From Rubripirellula sp. (lineage in GTDB: Bacteria > Planctomycetota > Planctomycetia > Pirellulales > Pirellulaceae): DNA of 64,000 nt. Positions 8,601-16,798 of the stretch are shown here, piece after piece (the stretch's first letter is position 1; each line of letters opens with the position of its first letter). The notes under the pieces were generated by a model that saw nothing but the letters and a program-made list of their open reading frames with translations, had not been told where the DNA came from and did no database searches. The DNA is taken from contig OZ244207.1 in assembly GCA_965216875.1 (NCBI GenBank), positions 4,352,001-4,416,000 of the forward strand. The letters run 5' to 3'. The position numbers and the translations under genes are program-made.

Positions 8601-9938
8601 ATGACGAATATGCGACGCCTTTGTTTACGACTGCTCAATGCCTTTTGCTTAAGGGCCTTCTACTTGGGCGCCCTTTACTTGGGGGCCATTTCCGTTGGGA
8701 CCGTTTGCATTAGCCAACCGTTGTCTGCACAAGAGGATTCCGCGGACTTCAAGTCGGACGTGCTCGAATGGGTCGACGAACTTGATGCTCCGAGCTTGGC
8801 AACGCGCAAGGCCGCCGAGAAATCGCTGATCGAGGCGGGCCCCGAGGCCCTGCAATACCTGCCCGAAGGACGCGCGGGTGTCTCGATCGAAGCCGCCGAA
8901 CGACTCGCACGTGTTCGCAAAGCGCTTAAAGAGATGCGAACCGAAGTTGAAACCCAGGCCGGAAAGGTTGTGATCGACTTGAGCGAAGCGACGACTTTGG
9001 GCGAGGCGTTGGAAGCAATCAGCCGCGATAGCGGCGTTGAGTTTCAACATGACGCCGACGACTCGCTTCCGGTCTCGCCCGTCAACACGCCGTTGGCGTT
9101 TTGGCACGCAGTCGACTTGGTTCTTGATCAAACGAACCTCGACATCAACTTTTACGGTGGCGATGCGACCACATTGCAGTTGGTCGCGCGGGGCGAAAAC
9201 CGTCCATCACGCGTCGATGCGGCAGCCTACACTGGCGTCTATCGCATTGAGCCGACCGCAGTCACATCAAGGCGGGTCCTGAATGATCCCGATCTAAGTG
9301 CCCTGAATATCTCAGTCGAGATTTCATGGGAACCGCGACTGACGCCTGTCGGGCTGACGCTTCCTGTTGCTCAATTGGCGGGCAAACTTGACGACGGCGC
9401 GGTATTGAGGCCGCAGGACTCGGGCGAAACGATCGACGTCAACACAAACAGCGATCTGGCGTTCAGCGAGTTTTTCATGCCGATGAAACTCCCCGCCGGA
9501 CAACCCGGCCAAGTGGATGCACTCTCAGGCATCATCCGCGCTCTCTTGCCTGGAAAACGTCAAACGTTTGAACTCGCGCTCAAGGAATCGTCGCCGACCC
9601 AAACGATCGATGCCATGACGGTCAAGATCGAAACTGTCCGCAAAAACGGGCCGCTCCACGAAGTTCGTGTGAGCATCACGCTCGAAGACGCTGATCGATC
9701 ACTTGAAAGTCACCGCCATTGGATTTTTGAAAATGACGTCTATGTCAAACTCAAAGACGGCACACGCACCGACCACCTCGGCTATGAGGTTTTTCGGCAA
9801 ACGGAATCGGGCGTCGGCGTTTCCTACCTGTTCGACCTTGGTGATGGTGTGGGCGATTCTTCGTTGGTTTACGAATCTCCAACGGCAGTCGTCCCCAATG
9901 AAGTTCCCTTTGTGATCCAGGACATTCCGCTGCCGTGA
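8601..9938 (+). CDS. Exported hypothetical protein with an N-terminal HEAT-like hairpin
   Basis: Long ORF with GAGGA RBS, signal peptide and LDAPSLATRKAAEKSLIEAG; overlaps the next gene (GTGA). Confidence 0.8.
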   Translation: MTNMRRLCLRLLNAFCLRAFYLGALYLGAISVGTVCISQPLSAQEDSADFKSDVLEWVDELDAPSLATRKAAEKSLIEAGPEALQYLPEGRAGVSIEAAERLARVRKALKEMRTEVETQAGKVVIDLSEATTLGEALEAISRDSGVEFQHDADDSLPVSPVNTPLAFWHAVDLVLDQTNLDINFYGGDATTLQLVARGENRPSRVDAAAYTGVYRIEPTAVTSRRVLNDPDLSALNISVEISWEPRLTPVGLTLPVAQLAGKLDDGAVLRPQDSGETIDVNTNSDLAFSEFFMPMKLPAGQPGQVDALSGIIRALLPGKRQTFELALKESSPTQTIDAMTVKIETVRKNGPLHEVRVSITLEDADRSLESHRHWIFENDVYVKLKDGTRTDHLGYEVFRQTESGVGVSYLFDLGDGVGDSSLVYESPTAVVPNEVPFVIQDIPLP

Positions 9939-10960
9939 TCGTCGCACTTCAAGCCATGCCTCTTCTCCCATCGATGCCAAGGGCGCTGCCCCGCGTCCTT
10001 GTTGTTTTCGCCGGTCTTGCCTGCCTCTTGGCCGGGTCGATCGAAGTGTCGGCCAAGGAGACCTACAAACCCGAGGATCCGTTCGCTGCAATTGACGGCG
10101 AACCGATTTACCTCGGCGAATTGAATCTGATCCTCGCGCAACGAGGTGTCAAAAAGCTCGACGCCGTCGACATCAATGTCAAACGCGCCGTTGCCGCGCT
10201 GGTGGTCCGACGGCGTTTGGCTTTGTTGTCATTGCAAGCACAAGGGGGTGCCGCCCTTGAGCGAATCGTCGACCGACAGATCGACCAGTTTGCACAAGAA
10301 GCGAAACGGCAAGGCAGCAGCTTCGAAAAACAGGCCAAGGCGCTTCTAACCAACGAAAAAGGGCTAATCGCCGACCTGACCTGGCGCGCTGCCTGGAGTG
10401 AATACCTCAAGAGCAACCTGACCGACAAGAACCTTCGTCGCTACTTTGAAATGAAACGTGAGCAGTACGCTGGCGGCCGCTGGGAAGTGTCACAGATCTT
10501 TGTATCGATCGTCGACCCTGACCCAACCTCGCTGTCGGCGACGACCACGAGCATGAACGAGCTTGCCGAGTCAATTCGATCGTCTTCCGATGTCGAAACG
10601 GCCTTTGCGAATGCCGCACGTGACCACAGTGAATCGGGTTCCGCCGACAACGGTGGCAAAGTCGGTTGGGTCGAAAAGGATGGTGACTTGCCGTCGGCCG
10701 TGATGAAGGTGGTGCGCGAAACCAAGCCTGGTCAATTGAGCAAAGCGGTGCAAAGTCCGCTGGGAATGCACCTCGTTTTCGTTCATCAGTATGAACCGGG
10801 AAAGATGACCTTCGGCGACTTGACCGATCAAGCGCAATTGAGGCGAGATGCCACCAATGCCTTGTTCGATGCGTTGGTGAAAAAGCAGTCAAGTGCAAAG
10901 GTCGTCTGGTTCATCTCGGCACTGAAGCCACCAGCATCCATGCAGCTGATTCCGCAATAA
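9935..10960 (+). CDS. Parvulin/PpiC-type peptidyl-prolyl isomerase (SurA/PrsA-like)
   Basis: FANAARDHS, SADNGGKVGW and SKAVQSPLGMHLV. Confidence 0.85.
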   Translation: MIVALQAMPLLPSMPRALPRVLVVFAGLACLLAGSIEVSAKETYKPEDPFAAIDGEPIYLGELNLILAQRGVKKLDAVDINVKRAVAALVVRRRLALLSLQAQGGAALERIVDRQIDQFAQEAKRQGSSFEKQAKALLTNEKGLIADLTWRAAWSEYLKSNLTDKNLRRYFEMKREQYAGGRWEVSQIFVSIVDPDPTSLSATTTSMNELAESIRSSSDVETAFANAARDHSESGSADNGGKVGWVEKDGDLPSAVMKVVRETKPGQLSKAVQSPLGMHLVFVHQYEPGKMTFGDLTDQAQLRRDATNALFDALVKKQSSAKVVWFISALKPPASMQLIPQ

Positions 10961-11009
10961 CGTGGCCACCGCATCCGTCTGCAACTCCATGGGATTTCAA
11001 ACGTGCGTG

Positions 11010-11018
11010 TGGTATTAT
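11010..11018 (+). promoter_or_regulatory. Extended -10 promoter of the TA module
   Basis: TG-G-TATTAT, followed by an AGGGAG RBS before the antitoxin start. Confidence 0.5.
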
Positions 11019-11054
11019 TGAATTCGGATAGCAACCAACAAGGGAGACTTCGTT

Positions 11055-11294
11055 TTGGGCGTAACCGTTGAAGAGCTAAACGATTTCCACCGTTTTGCGC
11101 TGAGCAAGCTTGAGCAAAGCTCGCGGGATGACCTGACCATCGACGACTTGGTTTTTGAATGGGATTCTGTCTCGAACCGAGCCCAGATCAACCAAGCGAT
11201 CTCTCAGGGCATCGAGGACGTGAATGGAGGCAATCACCGCTCCGTCGATGTTGTTAATGCCGAGTTGCAGGACAAGTACAAGCTTGACCAATGA
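11055..11294 (+). CDS. Putative type II antitoxin
   Basis: Small acidic ORF with ParD-like AISQGIEDVNGG; ATGA overlap with the toxin gene. Confidence 0.65.
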   Translation: MGVTVEELNDFHRFALSKLEQSSRDDLTIDDLVFEWDSVSNRAQINQAISQGIEDVNGGNHRSVDVVNAELQDKYKLDQ

Positions 11295-11626
11295 AGCACA
11301 CTGTTCAAGTCACCACTTGTGCGGAGCGTGACCTGACGGCAATTCTTGACTGGCTATCTGAACGCTCACTGCAGGGTGCAAACGCCTGGTTTGAAGTTTG
11401 GCTGAAGACCTGCTCCGAGTTGAGTCAAAACGCTTCTGCAGCGTCACTTGCTCCGGAAAACCCCGACCATGAAGAAGAGATTCGGCACTGGTTTTTCAAA
11501 ACGCCGAAAGGGAGGCGTTACCGAGCCTTGTTCATCATTCGTGACAATGTGGTCTTCATTCTGAATGTTCGAGGATCTGGCGAAGAATTTGTTTCAAAGG
11601 ATGAATTGGGAAATCCGAGTCATTAG
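11291..11626 (+). CDS. RelE/ParE-family type II toxin
   Basis: VQVTTCAERDLTAILDWL...YRALFIIRDNVVFILNVR pattern, 111 aa. Confidence 0.8.
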   Translation: MKHTVQVTTCAERDLTAILDWLSERSLQGANAWFEVWLKTCSELSQNASAASLAPENPDHEEEIRHWFFKTPKGRRYRALFIIRDNVVFILNVRGSGEEFVSKDELGNPSH

Positions 11627-11647
11627 CTGCAGCTTCTTTCTCAAGAA

Positions 11648-11667
11648 ATTCACTTTTTAAAGTGAAT
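11648..11667. promoter_or_regulatory. Perfect 9-2-9 AT-rich palindrome (candidate operator)
   Basis: ATTCACTTT-TT-AAAGTGAAT between the toxin and SDR genes. Confidence 0.4.
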
Positions 11668-11747
11668 CATCTGCAGTGGCTACTTGCGTTTGAAGCAGTG
11701 CATTCTGTGTGAGTAGGTTTCAGCGAGCAGCAGTTTCAATCAACGCA

Positions 11748-12500
11748 ATGAAGCACAACATGTATTCCGACCTTCAAGACAAGACTGTTGCCATCACCGG
11801 TGGCGCCGCCGGGATTGGCGAAGCCATGACAGAGGCGTTCGTTGCGCAGGGGGCGAGGGTTTTTCTATGCGACGTCGATTCCGAGCGAGGCAAGCAGATC
11901 GCGAGTCAGCATGATGGCCAAGCAACCTTCCATCGCGTCGACTTGCGTCGCGAGAACCAAGTGCGCCAGTGGATTGATAAGATCGCCAAAGAGACCGAGT
12001 CGATCGACGTTCTGATCAACAATGCTGCCGTCGACCCGCGCATTCCGCTCACAGAAATGACGACCAAACAGTGGGACGAGGTCTTCTCGCTCAACATCCG
12101 CGCATTCATGTTGACTGTCCAGCAAGCCGCGCCGCACATGCCACGTGGCGGGTCGATCGTCAACTTTTCTTCGATCACGCATCACCTATCCCCAGCGGCA
12201 ATGTCAGCCTACGTCGCAACCAAATCGGGGATCATTGGCCTGACACGATCGCTTGCACGCGAGCTTGGCCCGCGGCACATTCGCGTCAACACACTCGCAC
12301 CGGGCTGGATCATGACCGAGCGTCAGCTTGACCAATTCGTCACGCCTGCGGTCAAGCGAATGCTGAAGAAAGAGCAGTGCATCCCCGAGCTGATTCGCCC
12401 CGAGGAAATCGCAGATGTCGCCCTCTTTCTGGCCAGCAGCGCAAGTCGTGCGATCACAGGCCAAGAATTGTTGGCTGACCGCGGCTGGGCTCACCACTAA
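11748..12500 (+). CDS. SDR-family NAD(P)-dependent oxidoreductase (sugar dehydrogenase-like)
   Basis: TGGAAGIG, NNAA and YVATK motifs. Confidence 0.9.
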   Translation: MKHNMYSDLQDKTVAITGGAAGIGEAMTEAFVAQGARVFLCDVDSERGKQIASQHDGQATFHRVDLRRENQVRQWIDKIAKETESIDVLINNAAVDPRIPLTEMTTKQWDEVFSLNIRAFMLTVQQAAPHMPRGGSIVNFSSITHHLSPAAMSAYVATKSGIIGLTRSLARELGPRHIRVNTLAPGWIMTERQLDQFVTPAVKRMLKKEQCIPELIRPEEIADVALFLASSASRAITGQELLADRGWAHH

Positions 12501-12635
12501 CGGCTTCCTCGGAGGTAGGCCGCCGTCCTATCGGCTGGCGGTGGGATGCCACCGCTCCGCTCCTCCGCGATTCGGCTACAATTGCCCTCCGATTCAACAA
12601 GCCCTCCATCATGAACATCTCGGACGACGGCAATC

Positions 12636-13493
12636 ATGGGTGCCAAGAACAACAGCAAGAGCAAAGACGCGGCGAGCAAAAAGGGAAAAACCCAGGCACA
12701 GGTCGCAGACAAATTTGACTGCTACCAAAAATCGGTTCAGGCCCCCGATCACGAAGTCGAGTTTTTTGAACAGGCTTTTCGCGAGGCTTATGGCAAAAAG
12801 CCGTACACCCTTCGAGAAGATTTCTGCGGGACGTTTTCAGTCTGTTGCGAATGGGTCAAATCGAGTCCCCGCCGCACTGCACTTGGCGTTGACCTGTGTG
12901 ATGAAACACTTGCCTGGGGACGTGACCACAATCTCGCGCAGCTCAAACCGGCTCAACAAAAGCGAGTGAGTCTGATCGAACAGGACGTCCGCAAACGAAA
13001 TCGTCCTTCGGTCGATGTCCTTGCCGCGCAAAACTTCTCGTTCTGGATTTTCAAAACGCGCGCCGAAGTGATCGAGTACTTCAAAATCGCTAGAGCCAAT
13101 TTGAAGGCCCAGGGCATCATGGTGATGGACATGATGGGTGGCGGCGAATGTTACGAAGAAGATCTGGTCGATAAACGAACGATCGTTAAAGGCAAGAACG
13201 GTTTCCAATACCACTGGAAACAAGAATCCTTTAACCCCGTTACTGCGGATGCAAACTTCAGCATCAGCTTCAAATTCAAAGACGGCAGCAAACTCAAACG
13301 TGCCTTTGAATACAACTGGCGTTTCTGGACCATTCCCGAAGTCCGGGAAATGCTAAGCGAAGCAGGCTTTGCCGAAAGTCATGTGTACTGGGAAACCGAA
13401 GACGAAGACGGAGAAGACACGGGCGAATGGGAACGAGGTGAAAACGCGCCAAGTAACCCCAGCTGGATCTCATACATCGTTGCGGTCAAGTAA
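12636..13493 (+). CDS. Class I SAM-dependent methyltransferase
   Basis: LREDFCGT, GVDL, DV and NFSF elements of a Rossmann MTase; TACAAT upstream. Confidence 0.8.
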   Translation: MGAKNNSKSKDAASKKGKTQAQVADKFDCYQKSVQAPDHEVEFFEQAFREAYGKKPYTLREDFCGTFSVCCEWVKSSPRRTALGVDLCDETLAWGRDHNLAQLKPAQQKRVSLIEQDVRKRNRPSVDVLAAQNFSFWIFKTRAEVIEYFKIARANLKAQGIMVMDMMGGGECYEEDLVDKRTIVKGKNGFQYHWKQESFNPVTADANFSISFKFKDGSKLKRAFEYNWRFWTIPEVREMLSEAGFAESHVYWETEDEDGEDTGEWERGENAPSNPSWISYIVAVK

Positions 13494-13502
13494 TCGTCAT
13501 TT

Positions 13503-13588
13503 GGGAGGGTGAGGCTCCCGCCGAACCGGGCGTACGGCTCCGCAGGAGCGTCGCCCTCCCAGCGTCGTCCTCCCAGCGTCGCCCTCAC
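13503..13588. repeat. REP-like family G inverted pair with a 14-bp arm triplicated in tandem
   Basis: GGGAGGGTGAGGCTCCCGCCGAACCG...CGGCTCCGCAGGAGCGTCGCCCTCCC; AGCGTCGYCCTCMC three times at 13547-13588. Confidence 0.8.
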
Positions 13589-13590
13589 GT

Positions 13591-14505
13591 TCACCGTTTT
13601 AGCGCACGACCGTTGAACGTGACCGACCGGTCGAGCGTTTTCTTCCAGGTGTCGGCACCGCGCCAGGTAACGTTGGTGTTGCCAAGCTTCAAGTTGCTCA
13701 GCGTGGGTATCGGTTCGAAGTGAATCAGACCCGCATCCGAGACTCGCGAACCTTCCAGATCGAGACTCTTGAGGTTCGTCATTCCCGCCAGATACACCAA
13801 CCCTTCATCGGTGATTCGACATTCGGATCCGCTGAGGTCCAGCTCGATGAGTTGGTCACTGTTGCTTAAGAGCTCAAGCGAGCGATTGGTGAATTCATTG
13901 CCGCCGAGTACCAGTCTCTTCAGCTTCGGCAGGCGTCCGATCGTCTCCATCGATTCGTCCGTCAACCGAGCGTCCAAAAGATAAAGCTCGCGCAGCTCGT
14001 CAAGCTTCTTCAAATGGGCAGCACCTTCATCACCAATGTGCGCTTCGGAAAAGGCCACGTAGCGCAGGTTGGTCAGTTCCGAAAGATGCACCATCGACTC
14101 GGGTGACGCCTGCCGCGTCCCCACGACCAACGACTCGAGCTTGGGCAGGTCCGCCAAATGCTCCATCGCGTCATCGCTGTATCGACTATTGAGTTCCGGC
14201 TGCTTGTTTCGCTCGCCGGAATACAGATTGACACTCACGACTTCGTGAAAGCAGTCCACTCCGAATAGATCGATCAGCCATCCCGGTGTGCTCGGCTCGG
14301 CGTCGACGACCACCAGCCCCGGCTTGGCGACGACACTTGGATAATGGAAGTCGTAGTAGACCCAGCCACCAAACTCGCGGATCCCCGCAACCGCATCCCG
14401 TTGTCGTAGCGTGCGGTGACTATGGATCCCCAGCCAGACACCCAGCAGGGTGGTGACGATCAGGAACGTCCTCAGGCTGAATCGAAAATGCTTGCGGAGT
14501 TTCAT
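13591..14505 (-). CDS. Membrane-anchored leucine-rich-repeat protein with the planctomycete FSLRT N-terminal motif
   Basis: FRFSLRTFLIVTTL followed by repeats such as LKSLDLEGSRVSDAGL. Confidence 0.85.
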   Translation of the reverse strand: MKLRKHFRFSLRTFLIVTTLLGVWLGIHSHRTLRQRDAVAGIREFGGWVYYDFHYPSVVAKPGLVVVDAEPSTPGWLIDLFGVDCFHEVVSVNLYSGERNKQPELNSRYSDDAMEHLADLPKLESLVVGTRQASPESMVHLSELTNLRYVAFSEAHIGDEGAAHLKKLDELRELYLLDARLTDESMETIGRLPKLKRLVLGGNEFTNRSLELLSNSDQLIELDLSGSECRITDEGLVYLAGMTNLKSLDLEGSRVSDAGLIHFEPIPTLSNLKLGNTNVTWRGADTWKKTLDRSVTFNGRALKR

Positions 14506-14618
14506 CGCAAACCGCGTTTTTGGGGGTTTCTATGTCAAAATAACGCTCGGACTGGGGAGAATATTGGGGATCTCGCTTTTTTTTGTTAACCAATTTGCCA
14601 CAGGCGGCATTTATAGGC

Positions 14619-15161
14619 ATGACCCAGGCCACAGGCGACGACCGAGAATCGCAATTTGTTGCCCAACTGACTGAATGCCAGTTGCCGCTGCAGTTGTACG
14701 TTCGCACGCTCCTTCCTGGTGATTCGGCCGCCACCGACGTGGCTCAAGCTGCCAACGCCAAGATTTGGGAACGCCGCGAAGACTTTCAGCCGGGCACCAA
14801 TTTCAAGGCGTGGGCCTTTGCGATCGCCCGCTTTGAGGTCCTCAACTACCGCAAACAACAGTCGCGAGACTCTCGACTCGTCTTTAGCGACGACTTGCAA
14901 AAAACGATTGCGGACGAATTGCTCGATTCCTGTGACGACCTTCAACAGCGCCACGAAGCGCTGCAATGTTGTCTTGGAAAACTCAAACCGAACGATCGTG
15001 AGTTACTGCTTCGACGGTATGGCTCGGGATCCACGTTGTCGCAATACGCTGAAGAGGTGGGGCGCAGCGCCGGTGGTCTCAAGGTGGCCCTGCATCGACT
15101 CAGGTCCACATTGCTCAAGTGCATGCAACGTCAACTTCGTGTCGCGGAGGAAGGAGCATGA
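14619..15161 (+). CDS. ECF sigma-70 factor (Rhodopirellula/Verrucomicrobium type)
   Basis: Region 2 (GTNFKAWAFAIARFEVLNYR) and region 4 (LKVALHRLRSTL); ATGA overlap with the next gene. Confidence 0.9.
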   Translation: MTQATGDDRESQFVAQLTECQLPLQLYVRTLLPGDSAATDVAQAANAKIWERREDFQPGTNFKAWAFAIARFEVLNYRKQQSRDSRLVFSDDLQKTIADELLDSCDDLQQRHEALQCCLGKLKPNDRELLLRRYGSGSTLSQYAEEVGRSAGGLKVALHRLRSTLLKCMQRQLRVAEEGA

Positions 15162-16798
15162 CACCGAAAGACCGCCGCGAACTGATCGACGCACTGGCTG
15201 ATGGCGAAGTTAGCGAAGCTGAATTCCTGACCGCCGAAGCGGAACTGTCCATCGATGGCGATGTGCGCCGCGAGTACTACGACCGTGTGATCTTGACCAT
15301 GCTGCTCGAATCGGAAGCGAAAGCAGCCGGTTTCGACGGAATCACACCAGTCGCAAAAGGCAACGATCACCGGCTGCGTTTGGCGCTGACCGCAATGATC
15401 CTGGCAACGGCGGCATCACTGATCGCAGTCGCGGTTCTGGTGATGCAAGGTGACCGCCAAGTTGCTGGCACTGATTTGCCGACCCCGACAACCAACGCGT
15501 CAACAAGCGAAGCGTCGGCAAGCGGGTTCGCTGTCGTCAGCGGTCAATCAGGGGTTGAGTGGGCCGACCGTGTGGCGATCGCAAATGGCAGCCTCGTTCC
15601 TGAGGGCCAACTGCACCTGCGATCGGGCATTGTCCATCTGGAACTCTTCAGTGGCGTACAACTTGTCGTCGAAGGTGAATCGAAGTTCGCGATTCTTTCG
15701 CCGATGGAAGTTCGCGTCGCCAAAGGGAAAGTGCGAGCCCAGGTACCCGAGCCGGCCATCGGATTCAAGATCCACACCGACGCAGGAAACGTCGTCGACC
15801 TGGGAACGGACTTTGCCGTCAACGTGACCGACCAAGGTGCCGAAGTTCATGTGATCGACGGCGAAGTCGAATGGACCGCCAAGGGTGACCAACCGAAACG
15901 GATGGAAACCGGTAACGCTGTGGCGACTTCCAAGGGCGGCAACACCGTGAACTTGGTCACCACAGCGGGTGAGTTCATCGGACCGAGTGAATTCCAACAG
16001 CGCATGTTGCTCGACCAAGATGAACGTTACACGAATTGGAAGGCACATTCGGAAAGGCTGCGTCAGGACCCACGGCTGGTGGCTCTTTACCAGGTTGGCA
16101 TGACCGACCGCTGGGCGCGGCGATTACGCAATCACGCGACCGCTTCGATCCAAGACGAAACCAAACAAGCCGCCGGCGAAGGCGCGGTGGTTGCCGCAGT
16201 TCGAACGGCTGATCGCTGGGGACGCGCCGACGGCGCCCTCGACTTCAGTCCCACGGGCAGTCGCGTCCGCTTGACCGTGCCTGGGGAATACCAATCACTG
16301 ACACTGATGTGCTGGGTTCGCATCAACAGCCTCGACCGCTGGTACAACTCGCTTTTCCTTACCGACGGCCACGAGAAAGGCGAACCTCACTGGCAAATCA
16401 TGGACGATGGGCGACTGTTCTTTTCAGTCAAAAAGAACGATGTATGGAACCGCGAGAAGGGGCAGAAAGACAAACACGTCTTCTACTCGCCTTCGCTAGA
16501 GGCAAGTCAACTCTGCAGCCAATGGTCCATGATCGCAACGGTTTACGACACCGAAGCCAAACAGGTCACACACTACCTCAACGGCAAAGCGATCAGCAAA
16601 GAAGCCATTCCTGAAGAATACCTTGTGCGGCGTGTTCGCATTGGCGACGCATCGCTTTGTAACTGGGGTCTCCCCGAACGCGACGAGCCGAGGTTTGCGG
16701 TTCGTAACCTGAACGGCAGCATGGACGAGTTCGCACTCTTCTCTGCTGCGTTGTCCTCCGACGAAATCAAGGACCTGTACGAGCATGGTAAGCCGTAG
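15158..16798 (+). CDS. FecR-type anti-sigma factor with a C-terminal LamG/concanavalin-like domain
   Basis: Single TM helix, FecR core VVDLGTDFAVNV...EVHVIDGEV, and LamG TLMCWV...HYLNG...GSMDEFALFSAALS. Confidence 0.85.
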   Translation: MTPKDRRELIDALADGEVSEAEFLTAEAELSIDGDVRREYYDRVILTMLLESEAKAAGFDGITPVAKGNDHRLRLALTAMILATAASLIAVAVLVMQGDRQVAGTDLPTPTTNASTSEASASGFAVVSGQSGVEWADRVAIANGSLVPEGQLHLRSGIVHLELFSGVQLVVEGESKFAILSPMEVRVAKGKVRAQVPEPAIGFKIHTDAGNVVDLGTDFAVNVTDQGAEVHVIDGEVEWTAKGDQPKRMETGNAVATSKGGNTVNLVTTAGEFIGPSEFQQRMLLDQDERYTNWKAHSERLRQDPRLVALYQVGMTDRWARRLRNHATASIQDETKQAAGEGAVVAAVRTADRWGRADGALDFSPTGSRVRLTVPGEYQSLTLMCWVRINSLDRWYNSLFLTDGHEKGEPHWQIMDDGRLFFSVKKNDVWNREKGQKDKHVFYSPSLEASQLCSQWSMIATVYDTEAKQVTHYLNGKAISKEAIPEEYLVRRVRIGDASLCNWGLPERDEPRFAVRNLNGSMDEFALFSAALSSDEIKDLYEHGKP

